Assembly: GCA_963836235.1 (NCBI GenBank)
Contig: CAWIIP010000005.1
Location: forward strand, 32,001-96,000
Direction: 5' to 3'
DNA length: 64,000 nt
Source: an uncultured Pseudomonadota bacterium
Lineage (GTDB): Bacteria > Oederibacteriota > Muellerivitia > Muellerivitales > Muellerivitaceae
The notes under the pieces were generated by a model. That model did no database searches, was not told the origin of the DNA, and saw nothing but the letters and a program-made list of their open reading frames with translations. Shown in pieces: positions 18,358 to 27,576 of this stretch. How positions within the stretch are numbered: the stretch's first letter is position 1; the number at the start of each line of letters is the position of its first letter. The translations under genes and the position numbers were made by a program.

Positions 18358-18951
18358 TCAGATAGATGACTTAGACGCAATCCATTTCGCCGCTCCTAAA
18401 ATATCCGAAACAACCTCGCACTTGGGAAGGGGGTGGGCTTTTAGTTTCTTCTCGTTCTTTCGTCCATTTCCGGTGCGGACCAGAAGGCCCCCCGCCAATT
18501 TGGCCTTACGGGCCAATAAAAGATCGTCCATTTTATCCCCTACCACATAGCTTCGCTTAAGATCGATGGGGTATTTGCGGACCGCTTGCCGAATCATTCC
18601 AATGGCCGGTTTGCGGCAATCGCAAAGCTTGCTATAGGCCTTTACCAACCCATTCTTATAGTGTGGACAATAGAAAAAAGCGTCAATCCGCGCGCCTTTG
18701 GCTTTCAACATTTGTTGAAGCCTTTGATGGACTTTTCGAACCATGCTTTCCGGAAAGAAACCCCTAGCCACCCCCGATTGGTTGGAAACCACGAAGAGGT
18801 AAAAACCCGCTTTTCTCAATAGCTTGAGGGCCGCGGGAGTCTTGGAAAATAGCTCGATTTGCGAAGGCTGGCTCAAATATTCCGCGTCGGCAATGATCGT
18901 CCCGTCCCTATCCAGGAACACCGCCGGGCGCCGCGATTTATTTTTTCTCAT
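18358..18951 (-). CDS. gmhB: D,D-heptose 1,7-bisphosphate phosphatase (HAD IIIA)
   Basis: FLDRDGT, VSNQSGVARG, CPH...CDCRKP, VGDK..D. Confidence 0.93.
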   Translation of the reverse strand: MRKNKSRRPAVFLDRDGTIIADAEYLSQPSQIELFSKTPAALKLLRKAGFYLFVVSNQSGVARGFFPESMVRKVHQRLQQMLKAKGARIDAFFYCPHYKNGLVKAYSKLCDCRKPAIGMIRQAVRKYPIDLKRSYVVGDKMDDLLLARKAKLAGGLLVRTGNGRKNEKKLKAHPLPKCEVVSDILGAAKWIASKSSI

Positions 18952-18967
18952 AAAGCCCAAATCCTTT

Positions 18968-19040
18968 GCCGCGAATTCGCGCCGATTTTCGCTTTGAAGC
19001 CAAAATCTTTATCCCCGTAAATTTTGCGTTAATCCGCGGC
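18968..19040. repeat. Intergenic imperfect inverted repeat (REP-like)
   Basis: gccgcgaattcgcgc...gcgttaatccgcggc between msbA and gmhB. Confidence 0.5.
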
Positions 19041-19049
19041 TCAATGTTT

Positions 19050-20843
19050 CTATTGTTCCTTCGAATCCGCGGCCGAACGGAACTGCATTTTATATAACTT
19101 GGCGTAAAGGCCCCGTTTTTTCAAAAGGACATCGTGCCTTCCCTGCTCCACGATTCGTCCCTTATCGACGACCAGGATTCGATCCGCCTTGCGAACGGTG
19201 GAAAGCCGATGAGCGATGACCAAAGTCGTACGGTGGCCCATGAGATCATTCAGGGCCTTCTGAACCCAATGCTCGCTCTCCGTGTCCAAGGCTGAGGTGG
19301 CCTCATCCAGGATCAGCACGGGCGGGTTTTTCAGGATAGCCCGGGCAATGGCCAGGCGCTGGCGCTGTCCGCCGGAAAGCTTGATCCCCCTCTCGCCGAT
19401 GAGGGTGTTGAAACCCTGGGGCGTATTGTCGATGAACTGTTTGGCATAGGCGGCCTTGGCCGCTTCCTGAACGTCCCAAAAAGAGGCGCCGGGCCTCCCA
19501 TAGGCGATATTTTTCATGATCGAATCATGGAAAAGGATGGTTTCCTGGGTGACGATCCCGATATGGGAACGCAGGGAGGAAATTTTGATTTGAGAAATGT
19601 CTTTTCCATCCCAAAGGATTTCACCCGAATTGGGCTGGTAAAAACGGGGGACCAAATCGGCCAAGGTGCTTTTGCCGCCTCCGGAGGGGCCCACTAATGC
19701 CACCACCTCGCCCTTCTCGATTTTGAAGGAAACTTCCCGCAAAACATGGTGTCCGGAAACATACTCGAAACTGACGTTCCTGAATTCGATGGCTTTTTTG
19801 AGGGGCAGGACCTCCACCGCGTCTTTCGCGTCCCTCAAGGGGTCCACCATATCCAAAATCTCAAAACAACGGTCGGCGGAAGCCAGGGATTGCTGGAGTT
19901 TCCCCCAAAGGCCGTTGAAGGTTTTTAAATTGGGATTCATCGTCAAGGCGGAGGCCAGGAAAGAGATGAAGCTCCCCACGGTCAAGGTGCCCAAGAAAAG
20001 GGCGCGATAGCCCATCCAAAGGATCAAGACCAAGAGAACAACTGTCGCGATCATTTCCACTAGGGGGGAGGAAGCCGCGTAGGCCCGATTGGCCCGCATG
20101 GTCGTGGAAAAAAAAGTGTCGTTGGTCTCCTGGAATTTCCGTCTCTCAAAATGTTCCATGCCAAAAGCCTTGACCACCCGGATGCCGGCGATGGTTTCAT
20201 GGATTTGGGCGTTCAGGTCGGAAAGAATACCCTGCCCTTCCCGGGAGGCTTGCCGGATTTTCCGGCCGTAAAGAAAAATGGGGTACAGCGCGACGGGAAA
20301 AACGACAAAAGCCAATAGCGCCAATTGCCAGTCCCGATAAACCATCCAGCTCGCCAAAGCGATGACCGTCAGGCCCGAATTGATGCCGTCGCCCACGACA
20401 TTGATCATGGAATCCTGGAGAACCTGGACATCGCTGGTAATCCTTGAGGCCAAGCCGCCGGTACGCTGGGAATTGAAATAAGTCATCGGCAATTTGAGAA
20501 AGTGGGAATAAAGGTCGTTGCGGAGGCGCTGAACAACCCTCTGGCCCAAATAGCGGTTGAGGTAATCTTGCCCATATCCGCTTAAGGCGCGGACAATGGC
20601 GATCATGAAAGTTACCGGTATCGTAAAATAAGCGAGATGTTGAAAAGTTCCCGCGGGGTCGGCTGTTTTGAGAAAAGCCTCGTTGATGATGGGTTCTAAC
20701 TGCCTCATGACCAAGGCGGTCGAACCTGCCGACAGCCCCATACAAGCCAGGGCCAAAACCACGCGCCCCCGCCGGTCATTGAGGTAAACCAAGAGGCGCA
20801 GGTAAAGTTTGAGTGAATTTTTAAAATCGGTCCCGGCGGGCAT
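19050..20843 (-). CDS. msbA: Lipid A flippase-type ABC exporter
   Basis: 6-TM domain plus GPSGGGKST, LSGGQRQR, ILDEATSALD, IAHRLST; lies with LPS core genes. Confidence 0.85.
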   Translation of the reverse strand: MPAGTDFKNSLKLYLRLLVYLNDRRGRVVLALACMGLSAGSTALVMRQLEPIINEAFLKTADPAGTFQHLAYFTIPVTFMIAIVRALSGYGQDYLNRYLGQRVVQRLRNDLYSHFLKLPMTYFNSQRTGGLASRITSDVQVLQDSMINVVGDGINSGLTVIALASWMVYRDWQLALLAFVVFPVALYPIFLYGRKIRQASREGQGILSDLNAQIHETIAGIRVVKAFGMEHFERRKFQETNDTFFSTTMRANRAYAASSPLVEMIATVVLLVLILWMGYRALFLGTLTVGSFISFLASALTMNPNLKTFNGLWGKLQQSLASADRCFEILDMVDPLRDAKDAVEVLPLKKAIEFRNVSFEYVSGHHVLREVSFKIEKGEVVALVGPSGGGKSTLADLVPRFYQPNSGEILWDGKDISQIKISSLRSHIGIVTQETILFHDSIMKNIAYGRPGASFWDVQEAAKAAYAKQFIDNTPQGFNTLIGERGIKLSGGQRQRLAIARAILKNPPVLILDEATSALDTESEHWVQKALNDLMGHRTTLVIAHRLSTVRKADRILVVDKGRIVEQGRHDVLLKKRGLYAKLYKMQFRSAADSKEQ

Positions 20844-20861
20844 AAGCCTTCCTTGAAAATG

Positions 20862-20887
20862 AAAAAGGCCCGGACGAAGGTCCGGGC
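20862..20887 (-). terminator. Intrinsic terminator downstream of citrate synthase
   Basis: gcccggac-cttc-gtccgggc followed by a T-run on the minus strand. Confidence 0.7.
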
Positions 20888-20961
20888 TCTTTGAGAGGGG
20901 CTATTTTAACGGAGAACGTGGAAACCTCCCCACAAAAAGAAAGGGAGGATTTCCGGCCTTA

Positions 20962-22080
20962 TTACCGTTTGTCGATGGGCAGGTAATGCTGGTCGCGAGC
21001 GCCCAGGTATTCGGCGCGGGGGCGGATCAGGCGGTTGTGGGCCAATTGCTCCATCACATGGGCCGTCCAACCCGTCACCCGGCTGCAGGCAAAGATCGGG
21101 GTAAAGAGGTCGGTGGGAATCCCCAGGTAGTGGTAGGTAGAGGCGGAATAGAAGTCCACGTTGGGCAAAAGCTTTTTCTCTTTCTGCACCACGCTGTCAA
21201 TCACGCGGGACATTTCGAACCATTTCATTTCACCCTTCAATTTTCCGAGGGATTCCGAGAGTTTCATGAGGTGCTTGGCCCTGGGATCCCCGTTCTTGTA
21301 GACTCGATGGCCGAAACCCATGATGCGCTCTTTGCGGACCAAGGCATCGTGAATCCAGGCTTCCACTTTACTGGCATCACCCACCTTTTGAAGCATGAGC
21401 ATTACCTGCTCATTGGCGCCCCCATGGAGGGAGCCTTTCAAGGTTCCGATCGCCGAGGTAACTGCGGAGTGGATGTCGCTCAAGGTGGCCGCCGTCACAC
21501 GGGCGGAAAAGGTGGAGGCGTTTAATTCATGGTCGGCATGCAGGATTAGGCAAACATCAAAGGCCTTCACCGAAACCTCATCGGGTTCCTGACCGGTCAA
21601 GATATGGAGAAAGTTCCAGGCCTGGGTTTTTCCGGTTTTTTGTTCCAGGATGTTTTTCTTGTTGCGCAGACGCTCGAAAGCCGCCACCAGGCTGGGGATT
21701 TGGCCGGTCAGGCGGATGGCTTTTCGCAGGTTGGCTTCCGCGCTGTTATCTTTATATTCGGGGTCGTAGAAAGAAAGGGCGGAAACCGCGGTCCGCAGCC
21801 AATCCATAGGCGGGACGGTGAGGGGAAATTGTTTAATAAGATCCAAATGGGCGGCGGGAATTTTACCGCCGACGGCGATTTCGTCTTCCAGTTTTTCCAA
21901 CTGGGCTTTGGTGGGCAAGCTGCCGTAAAACAACAAATGGGTGACCTCGCCGAAGGTGGCCTTTTCAGCCAATTCATCGATGTTATAACCCCGGTAAGCC
22001 AGCACTCCATTCTCGATGGAGCACACCGAAGTACTGGTCGCGATAATGTCTTCTAAACCCGCATCCGCTTGCGTTGCCAT
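20962..22080 (-). CDS. Citrate synthase (short dimeric / PrpC-like type)
   Basis: LHADHELNASTF, LHGGANE, MGFGHRVYKNGDPR, PNVDFYS. Confidence 0.95.
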   Translation of the reverse strand: MATQADAGLEDIIATSTSVCSIENGVLAYRGYNIDELAEKATFGEVTHLLFYGSLPTKAQLEKLEDEIAVGGKIPAAHLDLIKQFPLTVPPMDWLRTAVSALSFYDPEYKDNSAEANLRKAIRLTGQIPSLVAAFERLRNKKNILEQKTGKTQAWNFLHILTGQEPDEVSVKAFDVCLILHADHELNASTFSARVTAATLSDIHSAVTSAIGTLKGSLHGGANEQVMLMLQKVGDASKVEAWIHDALVRKERIMGFGHRVYKNGDPRAKHLMKLSESLGKLKGEMKWFEMSRVIDSVVQKEKKLLPNVDFYSASTYHYLGIPTDLFTPIFACSRVTGWTAHVMEQLAHNRLIRPRAEYLGARDQHYLPIDKR

Positions 22081-22133
22081 AAAAACCTTCCCTTGCCCGG
22101 CATAAATATTTTATAAAGCCTTAATTCCTTCTC

Positions 22134-23204
22134 TTACTTACTCGCCTGAACATCGATGGGTATCGTGGGTTGTTCATCATCGTTGGTATATATAATGACT
22201 TGGTCTTTACCGTCGCTTTCCTTCGGAATGTTTTTATTCACGGAAACAATCAAGGAATACTGGTTGAAACCAGACGATCCCTGCGTTTTGACGATATAGG
22301 GACGAACCAAATGCTTCGTGGATTCCACCCGACGAATCGCGAAGCTTTGGGGCTGATCCGCCGTAAAAGTAATGGTGATCGGGCTGCTTTGCTGGGGAGC
22401 GAAGTAAAGGCTTTTCGGATTAAACTGAACCTTACCGGTAATCTCACCCAAGATCGGAATGGTCACCTCGGGCTTCTTCACGTTATCGGTCTTGACCACA
22501 ATACTGTCGGTGAAGCTTCCGATGGTTTGGGCGGCGGACAAGTTAACTTGGATGGTTGCGCCGTTTCGAATTTGTTTTGGATCGCTGGTGTCCTGATAGG
22601 GGGTGACGCTGGCGACAGTTACAACGCCGCTGGAACTTTGCGCCGAAAGAATACTTAAAGGCATGCCCGGTTTTCCCAAAATCGTAACGGAGGCGCTATG
22701 CGGTTCGCCATGTTTCAACCCATAGAGGTAAAGGCGGTCGGGATGGAGATCAATGTCCCGAACGACCGTCATATCCAGCTTCAATTGGAATCCCGGATTG
22801 ACTGGGTCGTTGCTGGTGACGGTAATAATCTTGGTCGCGTGACCCGGACGCCCGGAGGTATGGTAGGTAGCCTTAACGACGAAAGCGGCGCCCGGCATGA
22901 CCGTCACCGGATAACTCGCTTTGTCATCAGTACCTGTTTTTGCCATCAGATTTTTAATAACGGCCGCTGTGCAACCACAGGAAGTGGAAACATTAGTGAC
23001 GACCAATTTGCCAACGCCCCGGTTACGGCAATGGAACTCATGCACGATATCCGGGCCTTCATCCACGTTTTTGAAATCGAAGTTAGGGTGGGCGCAAGTG
23101 ACCTTGGGGCCATTGGCTGCCTTGACCGCGGGCGCGGGAACGCCTTGGGCCATAACGAATAAGGGAATGCTTAAAAAAGCGGAAAGAGCCAGAAAAGATT
23201 TCAT
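22134..23204 (-). CDS. DUF1573 domain secreted Ig-like protein
   Basis: Signal peptide MKSFLAL..., VSTSCGCT motif, K.ITVTSNDP, repeated beta-sandwich segments. Confidence 0.8.
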   Translation of the reverse strand: MKSFLALSAFLSIPLFVMAQGVPAPAVKAANGPKVTCAHPNFDFKNVDEGPDIVHEFHCRNRGVGKLVVTNVSTSCGCTAAVIKNLMAKTGTDDKASYPVTVMPGAAFVVKATYHTSGRPGHATKIITVTSNDPVNPGFQLKLDMTVVRDIDLHPDRLYLYGLKHGEPHSASVTILGKPGMPLSILSAQSSSGVVTVASVTPYQDTSDPKQIRNGATIQVNLSAAQTIGSFTDSIVVKTDNVKKPEVTIPILGEITGKVQFNPKSLYFAPQQSSPITITFTADQPQSFAIRRVESTKHLVRPYIVKTQGSSGFNQYSLIVSVNKNIPKESDGKDQVIIYTNDDEQPTIPIDVQASK

Positions 23205-23418
23205 CCAAAGCCTCCACGGATAATTATCATGAAAATACACAGATTTATTCCGATTCATCTTTATCTCGACTTAGGTCGAAAAGCAACAAGAAGAGGGCAA
23301 CAATCCCAAATTTCCCGCAAGTTTTTTACCACAAGTGAGGGCTTTCTATAAAGGGCTAAGATCATCGAACTGAAAAAAAACGGGGTAAATCCAGGTTTCG
23401 ATTTAAACCTAAAAATTC

Positions 23419-24354
23419 TTAAACCACACCCGCTAAAAGGGCGATTCCCAGCGCCAACCAAACGGCCCGGCCCATCCAGCCCGGATTTATCAGATATTCC
23501 CGGAAGGCCTCAAATCCAAAGCCAGCCATAAAAACAAGGACCCACTTGAGGATTTCAAACTCCAGAACCGCGGCCAGGTTTAATCCCGACCAGAACAAAA
23601 AACCTATCAGGACCAGGAGCAAGGGAAACACCACATGCCGATAGGTCCCCTCTTTTTCCCTTTCAAGCGCGGCAAAACCTAACCACCCCAATAGTAAAAA
23701 GGGGAGAAACCGCTGTTCGAACAAAAGCTCATAAAGATCAATCCAAGTGAATTGAAAGTAATAGCGTCCTTTGAAAAAAAAATAGAGGACCAGGACCGTC
23801 AAAACCCCGCCTATCCGGACCCACTTCGAGTTTTTAAACCGGCCAGGCGGCGCCGTGATAAAAGTAAGCGGCAACAAAAAAGAGAATTTAAAAAGCCAGA
23901 TCAGGACCGTCCAAAAAAAAATCAACCCGCCCAACAGCTTTTTGCCGTCCCAAACCGCCAGGATTAAAATTTCCGAAGCCAGGAAAAGCGCCAGCCACAA
24001 CCAGTACCGGTATTCTTGAAGGGTGCATAATTGCCATTGGAATTCGGAAACCGCCAGCCACAAAAGGGGGAACATGCCTAAAAACCAAAAACCCTTGAGG
24101 GAAAAAAGGGCGGAAAGATGATAAAGAACCGCCGCTTCCACCAACAATAAAAGCCCCTTGCCAAAAACCCCGATGGAAAAAGGCGTCCCCAGTTGGGCGT
24201 GATAAACTTGCTCCCCCACCCAAACGAGGATAGCGACGAGGCCCCAAAGAACATTCAATCGAGAAGGGGGGAAAAAGACCATCGAATGGGAAAGATTTTT
24301 CTTTCTTGGCACGGGCTTGATTGTAACAAGCGAAAGAGCCTTTCTAAAGCTCAA
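23419..24354 (-). CDS. Hypothetical integral membrane protein
   Basis: Long ORF with about 9-10 hydrophobic helices; start uncertain. Confidence 0.6.
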   Translation of the reverse strand: MSFRKALSLVTIKPVPRKKNLSHSMVFFPPSRLNVLWGLVAILVWVGEQVYHAQLGTPFSIGVFGKGLLLLVEAAVLYHLSALFSLKGFWFLGMFPLLWLAVSEFQWQLCTLQEYRYWLWLALFLASEILILAVWDGKKLLGGLIFFWTVLIWLFKFSFLLPLTFITAPPGRFKNSKWVRIGGVLTVLVLYFFFKGRYYFQFTWIDLYELLFEQRFLPFLLLGWLGFAALEREKEGTYRHVVFPLLLVLIGFLFWSGLNLAAVLEFEILKWVLVFMAGFGFEAFREYLINPGWMGRAVWLALGIALLAGVV

Positions 24355-24503
24355 ACAAACCCCGGTAATTTCAATTTATTTTGATTTTAAGACGAACCCA
24401 AGGTTAAGATAAACGCGGTGCTTACGAAATCCACCAGCAAAGTTACGCGGGAATGTAGGCAGATACCGTTCTTATTGAAAGCTTGGGTAAAAGGAAAAGT
24501 CGA

Positions 24504-25643
24504 ATGACCCGGTGGCGCTTACTTCCCCTCTTTTTTTTATTCCTTCCCATGCGCCTCCTAGCTCAAGACGCCCACAGTCTTGCCATTGGCGGGGCGGCAA
24601 CGGCGGCTCCCATGGGAATTTTTAGCATGGTTTGGAACCCCTCGCAAATCGCCGTACCTGATACAACAGCTTGGACCGTCGCCTCGGGCTTTTCCGCTTT
24701 CGACACCAGTAATTCAGGCGTCCCCATCGTCCACTTCAACCCCGAGGATGCCTTAGGCGCTTCCCAGGACCCTATCCAGCGTTACCAACAATACCAAGGA
24801 ATTTTCGGGGTGAAATACCTCACTTTCAGTGGAGGAGTTTTATGGAACCAACAATTGAATTACCTGGCCTCACAAGGCGCCCTTCAGTTTTTCAATGATC
24901 GGGCTAACGGTTCCCTTTCCCTTTTACCCTATGCCCTCAATTACCAGCAAACCACCCAACAGGTCGCCACTTTGGTGGTAAGTTACGCCATGCCAATTCC
25001 GTTAGGCTCTTTCCCCTTTGTCTCCGTCGGTGGAAGCCTGAAATACCACGATGGGCTTCAATATCAACAAACCTCCCTCACGGGCACCTATACCTCAGGA
25101 AACACTACTGGCTACACCTACACCAAAACCACATCCACCTCAGGCTTGGGTTTAAGCATGGATCTGGGATTTTTCGCGAAAATCAGCGACTCGATTCAAA
25201 TAGGCCTCATGTTCCAAAACATCCAATCCAACTTTAATTGGCAGGCCCAACAGCAAAGTTATACCTTGGATCCCGCCACCGGCGCCGATATTGCTGGCCC
25301 CGTTACTAACGTCACGGTATCTACCCCCTATCCCTATGCCAAAAAATTAGGTGCCTCATTGAGTCCTTCGGGCAATAATGTGATCTTGGAGGGCGAGGTT
25401 TCTTGGTCCGAACAACAGACCCGGTGGCGCTTTGGCCTAGAAAGGTATTACCCCGAAGCGAATATGGACGTCCGCCTCGGTACTTACACCGACGATATCT
25501 CCAACCAGCAATTATGGAGTTTTGGTGCCGGCTATATCGCCAAGAGCTTCAATATCGACTTATCTTTCCTGACCCGCAGCCTTCCTAACCTACAGAACTC
25601 AATCGCCTTGGGCGGCGCGCTGGACGCGGAAGTCAGGTTTTAA
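24504..25643 (+). CDS. Outer-membrane beta-barrel protein (FadL/PorV/TraF-like N-terminus)
   Basis: Signal peptide, SLAIGGAATA...VWNPSQI motif, amphipathic strands, C-terminal Phe (AEVRF). Confidence 0.7.
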   Translation: MTRWRLLPLFFLFLPMRLLAQDAHSLAIGGAATAAPMGIFSMVWNPSQIAVPDTTAWTVASGFSAFDTSNSGVPIVHFNPEDALGASQDPIQRYQQYQGIFGVKYLTFSGGVLWNQQLNYLASQGALQFFNDRANGSLSLLPYALNYQQTTQQVATLVVSYAMPIPLGSFPFVSVGGSLKYHDGLQYQQTSLTGTYTSGNTTGYTYTKTTSTSGLGLSMDLGFFAKISDSIQIGLMFQNIQSNFNWQAQQQSYTLDPATGADIAGPVTNVTVSTPYPYAKKLGASLSPSGNNVILEGEVSWSEQQTRWRFGLERYYPEANMDVRLGTYTDDISNQQLWSFGAGYIAKSFNIDLSFLTRSLPNLQNSIALGGALDAEVRF

Positions 25644-25659
25644 TCGGGTTCAAGATTAC

Positions 25660-26628
25660 CTATTTCGTTTCATTTCCAAACTTAAACGAAGCCTGCCATC
25701 CATATTTTCTTGAAAAATAGCGGTCTTTCCACTTCTTGGCTGGATGGTAATGGTGGGCCGATACGATTTCGAAAAAAAAGATACAGGAAAAAGGTACCGT
25801 CAGCCACAACAACACCGCCTCAATCGGCAGGTGCACATTGATGCTGTCCTGCCAGGCGCGAAGGAAAAGGCCCAGCATGGCCTGGGGCTGGTACCCCCAC
25901 CACTTCAAAGGCACCCCCATCGTCGGTTCCCAAATGATGGAAGTCACCAAAACGTAAAAAATCGTCAAGGTCATGGCCTGCCAGTTCACCAGGTTCTTGA
26001 CCACGCTATAGAAAAAAACCGTCGGCAGGAATACCGCGCCTAATAGGAAGAAGTAATACTCAGGACAGAGACCGGTACCCGGCGCCCAAAGATACTTGAG
26101 ACCAAAACCCAGGCAAACCAATAAAACAGCGGAAATGAAAAAAGGGTAAGAAATCCGGACAAGAAACTGTTCCAACCCCAATTTCAGGCGCTGGGATTCG
26201 GGGCTAGTGGCCTTCAGGAAATAGGAGTCACACCAGAAATAAACCAAGAGCATGGCCACGGGGCCGAGCAGGTAAAAGATAAACTCTTCATAGGGAATCC
26301 CTAGTAAAAATCCGCAATAGGAGCCTTCGAAAGTAAGGATATCTTTCCCAAAAACCAGGTCCAGTACCGACCCCCCCACCAGGATAAAACCCGTAGCCCA
26401 GTAAAAGGCCTTGCGACGGCGAGAACCCGGCACGGCCTCATGGAAAAAACGCGGCGAGAGGGCGACGATAGGCAGAACCCAAAAAAACTCACTGTGGAGA
26501 TAGGTTCGGTCCCAGAGATTGAAGAGCAATAAAGGGCACAACCAGCTGGCTATGACCACAATCAGCCAGTCGTAATTCAAATAATGGTGTAAGACACCAC
26601 CAGACACCACTTTGCTAGACTTAGCCAT
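25660..26628 (-). CDS. Membrane protein with two lycopene-cyclase-like (CrtYc/CrtYd-type) repeats
   Basis: GIPYEEFIFYLL and HLPIEAVLLWL (PxE motifs) in two hydrophobic halves. Confidence 0.55.
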   Translation of the reverse strand: MAKSSKVVSGGVLHHYLNYDWLIVVIASWLCPLLLFNLWDRTYLHSEFFWVLPIVALSPRFFHEAVPGSRRRKAFYWATGFILVGGSVLDLVFGKDILTFEGSYCGFLLGIPYEEFIFYLLGPVAMLLVYFWCDSYFLKATSPESQRLKLGLEQFLVRISYPFFISAVLLVCLGFGLKYLWAPGTGLCPEYYFFLLGAVFLPTVFFYSVVKNLVNWQAMTLTIFYVLVTSIIWEPTMGVPLKWWGYQPQAMLGLFLRAWQDSINVHLPIEAVLLWLTVPFSCIFFFEIVSAHHYHPAKKWKDRYFSRKYGWQASFKFGNETK

Positions 26629-26688
26629 TCACTCCGCCTCCCCAGACCGCACGATTTGTGAACCATTAAATTCCAAATAATAAGAATT

Positions 26689-27504
26689 TTATAAATTCGA
26701 AGGTGTCGCCGGAAGCACTTTCTTCTTATGAGGTTTGGACTCTTCGACATTTATCGCATCGACAGAATCGCACACATCCCTCATTGGATAAGGAAACCGA
26801 AGATTGTTTTTCAACAAAATAAAATCTAAGTCCTTTTTGTACAGATTTTTTATCTCCCCGCTTTTAAAACCGCAAGATGCCTCATCCCAAGCATAGGAAT
26901 GTAGTGTTACTTTTGTGCAAGTCGGTTTACCTTCTGCATATTTCAAATCATTTCTATACTCAATGATGTTAATTTGATCGGTTCCAGAAGATAAGACTTG
27001 TGTTTGGAGCCAACAACCAGCCTGAGTGCATGACTGGCTAGGAAATTGAAGAACACTTAAAAATTCTTTGTTTTTATAAATCAAAACATCGGAACTATAG
27101 TTATAAACACCATCATCGAACTTAGCGAGACCAACTAAGAGACCTTGGTGCTTTCTCCACGAAACTATTTCTGCAGAAACACTAAAAGCTTTTTCCTTTA
27201 GGATCATATGAAACTGGTCCTCATCAAATTGGAATACATAAACACTGCCAAGACCCACAAAACCGTTTCCGTCTTCCAAAAAAACAACAAGATCTTCTTG
27301 ATTTGAACCAGATAGGTTGGCAGTAAATTTATGTGGATAAACTTTCGAAGGAGCCCAATCAGGAAACTCTTGTTTTAAGTCATTCTCGAAATCATTAATT
27401 GCATATTTTTCTGCATTATCAAATCGAATTTGGCAATATGAATTAATAGGTAACGAAACAAGTAAAAACAAAAATAATACAGATTTTATTACGACCTCAG
27501 TCAT
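26689..27504 (-). CDS. Hypothetical secreted protein, AT-rich
   Basis: 271-aa ORF, signal peptide, AGGAGG RBS. Confidence 0.65.
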   Translation of the reverse strand: MTEVVIKSVLFLFLLVSLPINSYCQIRFDNAEKYAINDFENDLKQEFPDWAPSKVYPHKFTANLSGSNQEDLVVFLEDGNGFVGLGSVYVFQFDEDQFHMILKEKAFSVSAEIVSWRKHQGLLVGLAKFDDGVYNYSSDVLIYKNKEFLSVLQFPSQSCTQAGCWLQTQVLSSGTDQINIIEYRNDLKYAEGKPTCTKVTLHSYAWDEASCGFKSGEIKNLYKKDLDFILLKNNLRFPYPMRDVCDSVDAINVEESKPHKKKVLPATPSNL

Positions 27505-27576
27505 AGAAATAACACCTCCTAGGTTGGACTCGAATCACTCTTTTGTTGTCTTTTCCGTCAACTACCTTGATCACCA

